64,000 nt of DNA, from the NCBI GenBank assembly GCA_905233245.1, contig CAJODK010000002.1, forward strand, positions 50 through 64,049, given 5' to 3'. A model generated the notes under the pieces. The model searched no databases, was not told the origin of the DNA, and saw nothing but the letters and a program-made list of their open reading frames with translations. Source of the DNA: an uncultured Prevotella sp. GTDB taxonomy: Bacteria; Bacteroidota; Bacteroidia; Bacteroidales; Bacteroidaceae. Shown in pieces: positions 1-10,268 of this stretch. Both the position numbers and the translations under genes were made by a program. Each line of letters opens with the position of its first letter. Position 1 is the first letter of the stretch.

Positions 1-86
1 GCTTCTTGTACTACTACTGTCTCATGTAAATCTGTCAAAGAACTAGGCTCACACCCCATTTTTGAGCGAAAGCGAGTGCAAAGGTA
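1..86 (-). promoter_or_regulatory. Probable rRNA operon promoter and leader (-7 box TACCTTTG at 86-79; boxA-like AGTTCTTTGA at 44-35); 16S gene expected beyond the left edge
   Basis: The minus strand reads TACCTTTGCACTCGC...AGTTCTTTGACAGATTTACATGAGACAGTAGTAGTACAAGAAGC, matching the Bacteroidales rrn leader pattern as I recall it. No ORF is present. Confidence 0.7.
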
Positions 87-180
87 ATACTTTTCCTGAA
101 ACTGACAAAATGTTTTAAGGTTTTTTTTCAAAATATTTTTTTCTGCCTTTCTATACATTATTTATATATATAACTTTTAG

Positions 181-188
181 TACCTTTG
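181..188 (+). promoter_or_regulatory. Bacteroidetes -7 promoter element TACCTTTG for ispD-recG
   Basis: TAnnTTTG in an AT-rich intergenic region upstream of the ATG at 215. Confidence 0.7.
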
Positions 189-214
189 TAGTCAAAAAAA
201 AAGGACCACACGAT

Positions 215-877
215 ATGGACTACGTGATAATAGTGGCTGGCGGCAAGGGTCTGCGCATGGGCGGTGAGGTGCCTAAGCAGTTTTTACCGATAGGCGGCAG
301 GCCTGTATTGGTGCGCACCATGGAGAGATTCCGCGAGGCTCTGCCTGAGGTGCGTATTATCCTCGTGCTGCCCAAGAGTCAGCAGGAGTACTGGGAGGAG
401 TTGCAACAAAGGTGCAACATACGGGAAGGTGACTATATGCTGGCTGACGGCGGTGAGACACGGTTTCACTCGGTGCTCAACGGTCTGCGCCTCATCCCCG
501 ACACTGCCGAGGGCGTAGTGGGCGTGCATGACGGAGTGAGACCATTCGTGAGCACGGAGGTGATACGCCGCTGCTACGAGACGGCACGAGAGGAGAAGGC
601 CGTGATACCCGTGACATCGGTGGTGGAGACGCTGAGGGATATCTCTGAGGGCAGGAATGTCTTCAGGGACAACTACCGAGTGGTGCAGACGCCGCAGGTC
701 TTTAACATACAACTGCTGAAGCAGGCATACAGACAACCCTATACGGAGGCATTCACGGATGATGCCTCGGTGGTGGAGAGCTACGGCAGAAATATCGTGA
801 TGGTGGAGGGCAACCGCGAGAATGTGAAAATCACCACACCTTTTGACCTGAAAATCGCAGAAGCACTTCTAAGATGA
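215..877 (+). CDS. ispD: 2-C-methyl-D-erythritol 4-phosphate cytidylyltransferase
   Basis: [33 protein letters not shown] and KITTPFDL motifs. Confidence 0.95.
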   Translation: MDYVIIVAGGKGLRMGGEVPKQFLPIGGRPVLVRTMERFREALPEVRIILVLPKSQQEYWEELQQRCNIREGDYMLADGGETRFHSVLNGLRLIPDTAEGVVGVHDGVRPFVSTEVIRRCYETAREEKAVIPVTSVVETLRDISEGRNVFRDNYRVVQTPQVFNIQLLKQAYRQPYTEAFTDDASVVESYGRNIVMVEGNRENVKITTPFDLKIAEALLR

Positions 878-2982
878 ACCTGCTTGACCAAGACATAAAG
901 TACCTGACGGGGGTTGGACCACAACGTCAAGAGATACTCAGCAAGGAGCTGAATATCAAGTCGTTTCGCGACCTACTGGAGTACTACCCGTACAAGCATG
1001 TGGACAGGACGAAAGTGTACTGCATCAGGGAGCTGACACGGGAGATGCCCTTCGTACAGGTAAGGGGAGAGATACTGTCCTTTGAGACCTTTCCGATGGG
1101 GCCCCGCAAGAAGCGCATCGTAGCACACCTGGGAGACGGCACGGGGGTGATGGATCTGGTGTGGTTCTCAGGTGCGCAGTATGTCATGAAGAACTACAAG
1201 GTGGGCAAGGAATACATCGTGTTCGGCCGTCCGACGGTCTTCAACGGGCGCTTTCAGGTGAGCCATCCGGAGATGGAAGACCCCCACCCGACCGCTCTCC
1301 CTTCAGGGGATATGGTGAGAGGCAGGATGCAGCCCTACTACAACACGACGGAGAAGATGAAGAAGATGGGGATGTCGAGCAAGATGATAGAGAAGTTCAC
1401 CAAGACCCTGATATCGAAACTCCCTGCCCTACCCGAGACGCTGCCCGAATTTATCACCAGACCTCTGCACCTCATGAGCCGCGACCAGGCGATGAGGGCT
1501 ATACACTACCCGCAGGATCAGTACGAACTGCAGCATGCAAGGGAACGACTGAAATTTGAGGAGCTCTTCTACGTGCAACTCAACATCCTGCGCTACACCG
1601 CCAATAACCGCAGGAAATACAAGGGCTACCTACTGCCAAAGGTAGGTGAGGCATTCTATGACTTCTACAATAAGAATCTACCCTTCGAACTCACAGGCGC
1701 CCAGAAGAGGGTGATGCACGAGATACACAGGGACATGAACACCGGAAGGCAGATGAACCGTCTGATACAGGGCGATGTGGGTTCGGGAAAGACTCTCGTG
1801 GCGCTGATGGCGATGCTGATAGCCGTGGACAATGGTTTTCAGGCATGCATGATGGCTCCTACGGAGATACTCGCGGAGCAGCATCTGGAGACGATAAAAG
1901 AATTTCTGAAGGGACTGCCTGTCAGAGTGGAACTCCTCACGGGAATCGTGAAGGGCAAGCGCAGGGAGAGCGTGATGGAGGGGCTGAAGAACGGCGAGGT
2001 GAAGATACTCGTGGGCACACACGCCATCATAGAGGACAATGTGCAATTCAGCAACCTGGGACTTGCCGTCATCGATGAGCAGCACCGATTCGGCGTAGCG
2101 CAGAGGGCAAAACTGTGGAACAAGAACGACAATCCTCCCCACGTGCTCGTAATGACAGCCACACCAATACCGCGCACGCTGGCAATGACGATATACGGCG
2201 ACCTGGACGTGAGTGTCATCGACGAACTGCCACCAGGCAGAAAACCCATCGTGACGATTCATAAGTATGAGAATCAGATGGTCAGCCTCTACGAGGGCAT
2301 TCGCAAAGAGGTGGCAAAGGGCAGGCAGATATACGTGGTATATCCCCTCATCACGGAAAGCGAGAAGATGGACCTGCAGGACCTGGAGGCAGGATTCGCC
2401 CACCTGCAGGAAGTATTCCCCAACTACCGCCTGAGCAAGGTGCACGGCAAGATGAAGGCGGCAGAGAAGGAAGAGGAGATGCAGCGATTCGCCCGTGGCG
2501 AGACGCAGATGCTCGTGGCTACGACAGTCATCGAGGTAGGCGTCAACGTGCCCAATGCCAGCGTGATGATTATCATGGAGGCACAGCGATTCGGCCTGTC
2601 ACAACTGCATCAGCTCAGAGGACGCGTGGGACGCGGCGCAGACCAGTCGTACTGCATACTCGTGAGCGACTACGAACTCTCCAAGGAGACGAAAAAGAGA
2701 CTCGACATCATGTGTGAGACCAACGACGGTTTCCAGATAGCCGAAGCAGACCTGAAACTCCGCGGGCCCGGCGACCTGGAAGGCACCCAGCAGAGCGGTA
2801 TGGCATTCGACCTGAAGATAGCCAACATCGCTACCGACGGCCAACTGGTACAGATGGCGCGTGACGAGGCGCAGAAGATAATAGACCGCGACCCCGACTG
2901 CAACCTGCCTGAGCACTCGCTATTGTGGAACAGACTCCGTGAGCTACGCGACATCGTAGTGAACTGGGGAGCGATATCATAA
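874..2982 (+). CDS. recG: ATP-dependent DNA helicase RecG
   Basis: [35 protein letters not shown]. Confidence 0.97.
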   Translation: MNLLDQDIKYLTGVGPQRQEILSKELNIKSFRDLLEYYPYKHVDRTKVYCIRELTREMPFVQVRGEILSFETFPMGPRKKRIVAHLGDGTGVMDLVWFSGAQYVMKNYKVGKEYIVFGRPTVFNGRFQVSHPEMEDPHPTALPSGDMVRGRMQPYYNTTEKMKKMGMSSKMIEKFTKTLISKLPALPETLPEFITRPLHLMSRDQAMRAIHYPQDQYELQHARERLKFEELFYVQLNILRYTANNRRKYKGYLLPKVGEAFYDFYNKNLPFELTGAQKRVMHEIHRDMNTGRQMNRLIQGDVGSGKTLVALMAMLIAVDNGFQACMMAPTEILAEQHLETIKEFLKGLPVRVELLTGIVKGKRRESVMEGLKNGEVKILVGTHAIIEDNVQFSNLGLAVIDEQHRFGVAQRAKLWNKNDNPPHVLVMTATPIPRTLAMTIYGDLDVSVIDELPPGRKPIVTIHKYENQMVSLYEGIRKEVAKGRQIYVVYPLITESEKMDLQDLEAGFAHLQEVFPNYRLSKVHGKMKAAEKEEEMQRFARGETQMLVATTVIEVGVNVPNASVMIIMEAQRFGLSQLHQLRGRVGRGADQSYCILVSDYELSKETKKRLDIMCETNDGFQIAEADLKLRGPGDLEGTQQSGMAFDLKIANIATDGQLVQMARDEAQKIIDRDPDCNLPEHSLLWNRLRELRDIVVNWGAIS
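1281..1323 (+). repeat. Degenerate C/G-rich palindromic element, in-frame in recG ([14 protein letters not shown])
   Basis: CCCCCACCCGACCGCTCTCCCTTCAGGGGA; weak hairpin resembling six other copies. Confidence 0.45.
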
Positions 2983-3051
2983 GAATACACAGAAGGAAGC
3001 GATGTGTGCAAGGTGAACGTTAAAAGTTGTAAAAGATATAAAAGTTAAGGA

Positions 3052-3099
3052 AACTTTCAACCTTCAACTTTCAACTTTCAACTTTTATTACTATCTTTG
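3052..3099 (+). promoter_or_regulatory. (ACTTTCA)4 tract plus -7 box TATCTTTG (3092-3099), hflX promoter
   Basis: Read directly from the sequence; ATG follows 8 nt after the box. Confidence 0.8.
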
Positions 3100-3107
3100 C
3101 AAGATAT

Positions 3108-4427
3108 ATGCGTGAGTTTGTAATATCAGAAGCGAAAGCAGAAACTGCCGTGCTCGTGGGACTCATCACCCCACAGCAGGACGAGGCAAAGACCAAGGAA
3201 TACCTGGACGAACTGGAATTCCTTGCAGATACTGCCGGCGCCGTGACTATCAAGCGATTCACCCAGAGAGTGAACGGTCCTTCGAGCGTGACCTACGTGG
3301 GCAAAGGCAAACTGGAGGAGATACGCGACTATATCGAGGCTCAGGAGAAGGCCTATGACGAATGGCAGGAAGAACTGCACTACCCTGAGGAGGGCGACGG
3401 GCCACAGCCTGTTGGTATGGTCATCTTTGACGATGAACTCTCTGCCAAGCAGATACGCAACATAGAACAGGAACTGAAGGTGAAGATACTCGACCGTACA
3501 AGCCTCATCCTCGACATCTTCGCCATGAGAGCGCAGACGGCAAATGCCAAGACACAGGTGGAACTGGCGCAATACCGCTATATGCTCCCTCGCCTGCAGA
3601 GACTGTGGACGCACCTGGAGCGTCAGGGCGGCGGTTCAGGTAGTGGCGGCGGCAAGGGTTCGGTAGGACTGCGCGGTCCGGGTGAGACACAGTTGGAGAT
3701 GGACCGCCGTATCATCCTCAATCGCATGTCACTCCTGAAAGAGCGCCTCGCAGAGATAGACAAGCAAAAGACCACACAGAGAAAGAACCGTGGACGACTG
3801 ATACGCGTGGCACTCGTGGGATATACCAACGTAGGCAAATCGACCATCATGAATATGCTGGCCAAGAGTGAGGTGTTTGCAGAGAACAAACTCTTCGCCA
3901 CGCTCGACACTACGGTCAGGAAGGTAGTGATAGAAAATCTCCCCTTCCTGTTGGCAGATACGGTAGGATTCATCAGAAAACTGCCCACAGACCTTGTCGA
4001 TTCCTTCAAATCCACACTGGACGAGACTCGCGAGGCCGACCTGCTGGTGCATGTGGTGGATATCAGCCATCCTGACTTCGAAGAACAAATCAAGGTGGTG
4101 GAGAAGACACTCGGCGACCTGGGATGTGCCGACAAACCATACATGATAGTCTTCAACAAGATAGACGCCTATACATGGAACGAGAAGGAAGAGGACGACC
4201 TGACACCAGTGAAGAAAAACGAGATATCGCTCGAAGAACTGAAGCAGACGTGGATGGCGAAACTTAACGGGAACGATAACGGGAACGGGAACGTGGACTG
4301 CCTCTTCATCTCGGCAAGGGAGAAGGAGAATATCGACGAATTTAAAGATACACTATACAAAAAAGTAAGGGAACTGCATGTGCAGAAGTACCCCTATAAC
4401 GATTTTCTATGGACTAAACCAGAATAA
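3108..4427 (+). CDS. hflX: GTPase HflX
   Basis: LRGPGETQLEMDRR, GYTNVGKS, LFATLDTT, DTVGFI, NKID. Confidence 0.96.
   Translation: MREFVISEAKAETAVLVGLITPQQDEAKTKEYLDELEFLADTAGAVTIKRFTQRVNGPSSVTYVGKGKLEEIRDYIEAQEKAYDEWQEELHYPEEGDGPQPVGMVIFDDELSAKQIRNIEQELKVKILDRTSLILDIFAMRAQTANAKTQVELAQYRYMLPRLQRLWTHLERQGGGSGSGGGKGSVGLRGPGETQLEMDRRIILNRMSLLKERLAEIDKQKTTQRKNRGRLIRVALVGYTNVGKSTIMNMLAKSEVFAENKLFATLDTTVRKVVIENLPFLLADTVGFIRKLPTDLVDSFKSTLDETREADLLVHVVDISHPDFEEQIKVVEKTLGDLGCADKPYMIVFNKIDAYTWNEKEEDDLTPVKKNEISLEELKQTWMAKLNGNDNGNGNVDCLFISAREKENIDEFKDTLYKKVRELHVQKYPYNDFLWTKPE
4266..4295 (+). repeat. (AACGGG)-type hexamer tract, in-frame in hflX (NGNDNGNGNV)
   Basis: AACGGG AACGAT AACGGG AACGGG AACGTG. 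Confidence 0.8.
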
Positions 4428-4429
4428 CT

Positions 4430-6013
4430 ATGAGCTACAGAAACCTAACACTGAACGAGATTGAGATACTGGAAGAGCAGGGATGCAGAAGTACCTCATG
4501 GACTCAATTGATGGTAGATGACGACTTCGCAGCCAATGACCTGCGCAATGTCAGTTTCGACGGCGATGTGCGCATCGGCAGAGGAGTGAGAATGTGCAAC
4601 GTAGGCATCATACGCACCACTGACGGGGCAACCTTCGGCGAGAACAATCAGATAAGCGTAAAGAACGAAGCCGGAGACGGTAATGTAGTGATATACAGCG
4701 GACTGACATCGCAGATGGCAGCTCTGATGATTAGTACTGCAGAGAACGAGGATAACGAATTCTTTGCCAAACTGCGAGATATGGCATCCTCATACGCGCG
4801 CAAGGCAAAACCAGAATGCACGGTGATAGGCAATGACGTGACCATCATGGACTGCCGCGAACTGACCAACGTAAGCATTGGCGACGGCAGCGAACTGAGT
4901 GGCGCTTCCCGACTCATAGACTGTACGCTCTCCTCAACGCCAAATGCCGCAATATACGTGGGCGACGACGTCATAATGGAGAATACCATAGTACAGGCAG
5001 GTGCTACGATAGTGGATGGTGCGAAGCTGTACGACAGTTTCGTGGGCGAGGCGTGCCACATAGGAAGAGGCTTCACCAGTGAGGCATCGCTCTTCTTTGC
5101 CAATTCACACATGGACAACGGAGAAAGTTGTGCAGCACTCTGCGGTCCATTCTCCGTGAGCCACCACAAGTCCTCACTCCTCATAGGTGGTGAATACTCC
5201 TTCTATAATGCAGGTTCGGGCACCAACTTCTCCAACCACGCCTACAAGATGGGACCTATACACTACGGTCGCATGGAACGCGGTTCGAAGACTGCCAGCG
5301 GAGCACATATCCTGTGGCCGGCACATATCGGAGCATTCACAATGGTGATGGGCAAGGTGCAGACACACCCTGACACCACCTCCCTACCCTTCTCCTACAT
5401 CATAGCAGACGGAAAGCATACCTACGTGATGCCCGGCAAGAACCTATGCACCGTAGGTACATACCGAGACGTGATAAAATGGCCTAAGCGCGACAAGCGT
5501 GCTATGGATGCCCGCAGGTCGCTCATCACATACGACTGGCTGTCACCATATATCATAGAACAGGTGAAGGCAGGCATAGAATATCTCACCGACCTGCAGG
5601 ATGAGCAGGGCTACGACGCAAAGGAATACATGGGCAAGGGATTTCGTATCAAGGCTCCCGCCCTGCAGCACGGAATAGAATACTACCAACACGCTCTGCG
5701 CATGTATGGCAATGCCGCCAGCATCGGTGACTGGACTGACCTGCTCGGACTCCTGGCGCCAACGGAAGCGGTGGAACAGATAAAGGAAGACATCATGAAC
5801 GATGACATCACCAACATCGAAACCCTCGAAAGCCGTTTCCATGATATCTATGACAGCTACGACCAGTGGAAGGGCATCAGCGGTAATGACTCAGAAACGG
5901 ATATGGCACACGAGGAATGGCTCAACGCCATCAGAATGGATGCCGAACGGGAATACGACCTCGGAGATGTCAGCGAAGACCAGATAGCAGAATTCTTAAA
6001 CTCTATTAAATAG
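4430..6013 (+). CDS. DUF4954-family protein (beta-helix-like)
   Basis: CGPFSVSHHKSSLLIGG, NAGSGTNFSNHAYKMGPIHYG; usual position downstream of hflX in Bacteroidales. Confidence 0.8.
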   Translation: MSYRNLTLNEIEILEEQGCRSTSWTQLMVDDDFAANDLRNVSFDGDVRIGRGVRMCNVGIIRTTDGATFGENNQISVKNEAGDGNVVIYSGLTSQMAALMISTAENEDNEFFAKLRDMASSYARKAKPECTVIGNDVTIMDCRELTNVSIGDGSELSGASRLIDCTLSSTPNAAIYVGDDVIMENTIVQAGATIVDGAKLYDSFVGEACHIGRGFTSEASLFFANSHMDNGESCAALCGPFSVSHHKSSLLIGGEYSFYNAGSGTNFSNHAYKMGPIHYGRMERGSKTASGAHILWPAHIGAFTMVMGKVQTHPDTTSLPFSYIIADGKHTYVMPGKNLCTVGTYRDVIKWPKRDKRAMDARRSLITYDWLSPYIIEQVKAGIEYLTDLQDEQGYDAKEYMGKGFRIKAPALQHGIEYYQHALRMYGNAASIGDWTDLLGLLAPTEAVEQIKEDIMNDDITNIETLESRFHDIYDSYDQWKGISGNDSETDMAHEEWLNAIRMDAEREYDLGDVSEDQIAEFLNSIK

Positions 6014-6036
6014 GAATAAAACGTTAAAGATTTTAT

Positions 6037-8934
6037 ATGAGACTTCTTAGAATACTCACCGCAGCTATCATTGTCAATTGTCAATTGTCAATCGTCAATT
6101 TGGAAGCTGCCACCAACGATCCTATCGACCTCCAGACCTACACCCTAGACAACGGCCTGAAGGTATTCCTCTCCGTCAACAAGGAGAAACCACGCATCAC
6201 TGCCCACATAGCCGTCAATACAGGTTCGCGCAACGACCCTGCAGAGACAACGGGGCTGGCACATTATCTGGAGCACCTGATGTTTAAGGGTTCCAAGCAG
6301 TTTGGCACATCCAACTATGCCGCCGAGGAACCCCTGCTCAATAAAATCAGCGATTTGTATGAGGAATATCGCAAACTGACCGACCCTGCTGAACGTAAGG
6401 CTAAGTACCACGAGATAGACTCTGTGTCACAATTGGCAGCGAAGTACAATATCCCTAACGAATACGACAAGATGATGTCGGCCATAGGAAGTACGGGGAC
6501 GAATGCCTACACCTCTTATGACGTGACCTGCTACGTGGAGAATATCCCCGCCAACGAACTGGAACGCTGGTGCATGGTGCAGGGCGACAGATTCCAGAAT
6601 CTCGTCATGCGTGGTTTCCACACCGAACTGGAGGCTGTGTATGAGGAGAAGAATATCACCATGACGAAGGACGGCCGTAAGTCCAACGAGGCTATGCTGA
6701 AGAAACTCTTCCCAACTCACCCCTACGGCATGCAGACCACCATCGGTACACAGGAGCATCTGAAGAACCCTTCTCAGGTGAACATACGCAACTACTACAA
6801 CCGCTACTACGTGCCAAATAACATAGCTATCTGCATGGCTGGCGACCTTGACCCAGAGCAGACTGTAGCTATGATAAAGAAATACTTCGGCACTTGGAAG
6901 CCAGGCAATAACATCACCCCGCCATCGTACCCTGAGCTGCCTCGCATCACTGCACCACAGGATACTACCGTGATGGGACAGGAGACTGAGCACGTCATGC
7001 TGGGCTGGCGCCTCAAGGGAGCCTCTTCCCTGCAGAATGACACCATCTCTATGGTAGATATGCTGCTCTCTAATGGCAAGGTAGGTCTTCTGGATGTGGA
7101 CCTCGACCAAAAGATGAAGGTTATGGGTGTAGGTTCTGGCATATGGGACCTGAAGGACTACAGCATGTTTATTCTGAAGGGTACTCCCAATGAAGGACAG
7201 ACACTCGAGGAAGTGAAGCAGCTGATGCTCGACGAACTCAACAAACTCAAAAACGGCGAATGGGATGAGAGCCTCGTCCGCAGCATCGTCACCAACGAGC
7301 GTCTGGCTCAGCTGACAGCCTTCGACAGCAATGAATCACGCGTCAGCCAGATGGTGGACTGCTATATCACGGGCACTCCTTGGCAACAACACATAGAGCA
7401 ACTGGACCGCATCGACAAACTCACCAAGAGCGAGATTACGGCATGGGCAAAGGAGCATCTCAGCGATGGATACGTCTGTGTGTACAAGCGCAAGGGCGAG
7501 GATACCACTATCGTAAAGATTGAAAAACCTGCCATCACTGCCATACCAAGCAATCGCGATATGCAGAGTGACTTCCTCAAGAATTTCCTCAAAGTGGAGG
7601 TGGAGCCTATCCATCCGCAGTTTGTGGACTATGAGAAGGATATGACGATAGTGCCTATCTCAGGCTCTCAGAATAAGGAACTGCTCTACAAGCAGAACGA
7701 GAAGGACGACCGCTTCTCTCTGCAGTTCCGCTATGAGTTTGGCTCTAATGCCGACCGTCGCTACTCCGTAGCTAACAGCTATTTCGAACTCATCGGCACC
7801 AAGAAACAAACCCTCGACCAGATAAAGCGTAAATTCTATGACATCGCCTGCAACTACTCGTTTGCGGTAGGTGCCAAGAATATCACATTCTCACTCTCTG
7901 GTCTGCAGGAGAATATGCCTAAGGCACTCAAGATGCTCAATGAGGTCATCACGGGACTCCAGGCTGACACTGCCGTATATAATAAGTACATACAGCAAGT
8001 GCAGAAAAGCCGCAGGGAAGTACGCACAAATCAGAAAGCCTGCTACAGCGCTCTCGTGTCCTACGCAATGTATGGCGAGGACACCCCGCTGAAAGATGTG
8101 GCATCCATCAGTGAACTCAAGGCTACCAACCCTGAGGTATATACAAAACTAATCCAAGAGGTTTGGAGTATGCCTGCTACAGTGCTCTACTGGGGACCTG
8201 CTTCTGCAAAGGAAGTGCTCAAGGTCGTTAAAGACTATAAGAAACTTAAGAATCTTAAGGAGCCTGTCAACAAAGTGCGCACCCGACAACTCACCACTCA
8301 GGACGAGGTCATCATCGCTCCTTATGATGCCAAGAACCTCAACATGCGCATGATACACAATGAGAATCTGCCTCTCAATATCGATAATATGCCTCTCGTG
8401 GCACTCTTCAACGAGTATTTCGGAGGTTCGATGAATGCCATCGTATTCCAGGAACTGCGTGAGGCTCGCGGTCTGGCATACAATGCCTCGGCTACCTATG
8501 CAGTACCAAGCCGCAAGGATGAGACAGAGTACTATCAGGAGCATATCATCTCGCAGAATGACAAGTTGGCTGAATGCATCACAGTCTTCAAGCAAATCAC
8601 CGACACGCTGCCAGAATCTCCTAACCTCTTCAATACGGCACAGCAGAGCCTTATCAAGACTATCGCTGCCGCCCGCACTACCAAGATGGGTGTTCTTGCC
8701 AGTTACCTCGGCGCTAAGTATCTTGGTATAGACTATGACATCAATCGCCTGCTGTGGGAGAAGATTCCTACCCTCACGCTGCAGGATCTCGTGCGCTTCG
8801 AACAACAGTATATCAAGGGCAAGCCTCTGCGCTATGCCATACTTGGCAAGGAGGACGAAATCCTTCAGTCGGGTGCTCTCAGCGGGTTCCAGAATATCCG
8901 CCGCTTAACCCTCAATGACATCTTCCCAGAATGA
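6037..8934 (+). CDS. Secreted M16 (insulinase-family) zinc peptidase
   Basis: HYLEH (HxxEH), TNAYT, ELREARGLAY, N-terminal signal peptide. Confidence 0.92.
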   Translation: MRLLRILTAAIIVNCQLSIVNLEAATNDPIDLQTYTLDNGLKVFLSVNKEKPRITAHIAVNTGSRNDPAETTGLAHYLEHLMFKGSKQFGTSNYAAEEPLLNKISDLYEEYRKLTDPAERKAKYHEIDSVSQLAAKYNIPNEYDKMMSAIGSTGTNAYTSYDVTCYVENIPANELERWCMVQGDRFQNLVMRGFHTELEAVYEEKNITMTKDGRKSNEAMLKKLFPTHPYGMQTTIGTQEHLKNPSQVNIRNYYNRYYVPNNIAICMAGDLDPEQTVAMIKKYFGTWKPGNNITPPSYPELPRITAPQDTTVMGQETEHVMLGWRLKGASSLQNDTISMVDMLLSNGKVGLLDVDLDQKMKVMGVGSGIWDLKDYSMFILKGTPNEGQTLEEVKQLMLDELNKLKNGEWDESLVRSIVTNERLAQLTAFDSNESRVSQMVDCYITGTPWQQHIEQLDRIDKLTKSEITAWAKEHLSDGYVCVYKRKGEDTTIVKIEKPAITAIPSNRDMQSDFLKNFLKVEVEPIHPQFVDYEKDMTIVPISGSQNKELLYKQNEKDDRFSLQFRYEFGSNADRRYSVANSYFELIGTKKQTLDQIKRKFYDIACNYSFAVGAKNITFSLSGLQENMPKALKMLNEVITGLQADTAVYNKYIQQVQKSRREVRTNQKACYSALVSYAMYGEDTPLKDVASISELKATNPEVYTKLIQEVWSMPATVLYWGPASAKEVLKVVKDYKKLKNLKEPVNKVRTRQLTTQDEVIIAPYDAKNLNMRMIHNENLPLNIDNMPLVALFNEYFGGSMNAIVFQELREARGLAYNASATYAVPSRKDETEYYQEHIISQNDKLAECITVFKQITDTLPESPNLFNTAQQSLIKTIAAARTTKMGVLASYLGAKYLGIDYDINRLLWEKIPTLTLQDLVRFEQQYIKGKPLRYAILGKEDEILQSGALSGFQNIRRLTLNDIFPE
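6070..6100 (+). repeat. (TTGTCAA)4 heptamer in the signal-peptide coding region (IVNCQLSIVNL)
   Basis: Read directly from the sequence. Confidence 0.9.
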
Positions 8935-9698
8935 ACATTCTGATTTTAGAAGATGACATATTTGTGTATCACCAGTTGTGCGAAATGCTCGACACAATAG
9001 TGCCTGATGCCAACATCATAGGTCCATTGTCAACGGTAAAGCGTGGAAAAATATTCTTCACTGCCAGAAGGGAATGGATAGACCTCATCATAGCAGATAT
9101 ACAACTGAAGGACGGACTCTGCTTTGAGGCTCTCAATAAGGCACCTGACGACGTGCCTGTGATATTCATATCCGACACCGAAGACTATGCCATGCATGCC
9201 TTTGGCTATAATAGTCTTTCGTATCTGCTTAAACCTATAACAGAGGAAACACTGTGTGGGGCCATAAGAAAGTCCTGCACCAGACTGATAACTGACATAG
9301 ACCGACTGGAATGGAAATCACTGGTAAAAGAGCAGATGGGGTATCGCAAGCACTTCACCGTCAACACATTCAGCGGAGAAAGAGTGATAGCCATTGAGGA
9401 GGTGCGTTACTTTGTATCAGAAGGCAAGAATACCTATATGGTGCTACACGACAGCACTTCGTTTGAAATAGGCATGTCGCTTACAGATACTGCCAAGCAA
9501 TTGGACCCACATCGTTTTATGCGCGTGAACCGTAAATACATAGTACCGATAAGCGAAATAGACACTCTGGAGCGCGACATCAACGGCAAGGAGAAACTAC
9601 TACTGAAAGAAGGAGTAAGGAATCCCATAATAATAATAAGCCGCGACAAAAAGAACATTGTTCACAAATGGATAAATGGGGTGCACACAACACAATGA
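8931..9698 (+). CDS. LytTR-family response regulator
   Basis: Receiver domain ILEDD/DIQL/YLLKP plus LytTR LDPHRFMRVNRKYIV. Confidence 0.9.
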   Translation: MNILILEDDIFVYHQLCEMLDTIVPDANIIGPLSTVKRGKIFFTARREWIDLIIADIQLKDGLCFEALNKAPDDVPVIFISDTEDYAMHAFGYNSLSYLLKPITEETLCGAIRKSCTRLITDIDRLEWKSLVKEQMGYRKHFTVNTFSGERVIAIEEVRYFVSEGKNTYMVLHDSTSFEIGMSLTDTAKQLDPHRFMRVNRKYIVPISEIDTLERDINGKEKLLLKEGVRNPIIIISRDKKNIVHKWINGVHTTQ

Positions 9699-9736
9699 GA
9701 ATGTGCAAATGAGCGACGGTTCAATCCCCAAAAACT

Positions 9737-9766
9737 ACGTTTCGGCTTTTTGCCGAAACGTTTTTT
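9737..9766 (+). terminator. Intrinsic terminator
   Basis: ACGTTTCGGC-TTTTT-GCCGAAACGT followed by a T tract. Confidence 0.8.
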
Positions 9767-9789
9767 ATTGCTATTCTTGCAGCTATAAA

Positions 9790-9797
9790 TACCTTTG
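9790..9797 (+). promoter_or_regulatory. -7 element TACCTTTG for the thioesterase/acyl-CoA ligase genes
   Basis: TAnnTTTG consensus just downstream of the terminator. Confidence 0.65.
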
Positions 9798-9802
9798 CAA
9801 GT

Positions 9803-10228
9803 GTGATTTACGAAGAGCAACATATATATCGCCACAGAATGCCGGCACAGTTGAGATTTTCAGACGTTGACAGATTCGGTCACGTCAACAACTCAGTGTA
9901 TTTCTCTCTCTTTGATATGTGCAAGACGCGTTATTTCCATGACGTAGTGGGCACTGATATATTCGACAGAATGGCACCTGTGGTAGTTCACATTGAAGCA
10001 AACTTCATGTCACCAGTTCTCTTTCCTGATGAGATAGTAATCGACACATCTATAGTAAAGATAGGCACAAAAAGCTTCACACTTATGCAGAGAGCAGTCA
10101 ACGAACGTACGGAGCAAGTAAAATGCGTTTGTAAAACCGTAATGGTTATGATGGACACCAATACAAACGTCTCTGTCGAGATAGACTCCGAATTCAGGAG
10201 AAAAGTAGAGGAGTTTGAGAAAGATTAG
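9803..10228 (+). CDS. Acyl-CoA thioesterase (hotdog fold)
   Basis: LRFSDVDRFGHVNNSVY motif; GTG start uncertain. Confidence 0.88.
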   Translation: MIYEEQHIYRHRMPAQLRFSDVDRFGHVNNSVYFSLFDMCKTRYFHDVVGTDIFDRMAPVVVHIEANFMSPVLFPDEIVIDTSIVKIGTKSFTLMQRAVNERTEQVKCVCKTVMVMMDTNTNVSVEIDSEFRRKVEEFEKD

Positions 10229-10268
10229 ATTAATGTTTAAACAATACAAAGTATAAAGAGATTTCATT

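Noticed and set aside
1-214. rRNA or tRNA gene at the left edge
   Set aside because: Only leader and promoter motifs are visible; no mature 16S sequence or cloverleaf lies inside the window.
3626-3665. Gly/Ser-rich GGGSGSGGGKG in HflX as a repeat insert
   Set aside because: It lies in the normal glycine-rich HflX loop and has no clear DNA-level tandem unit.
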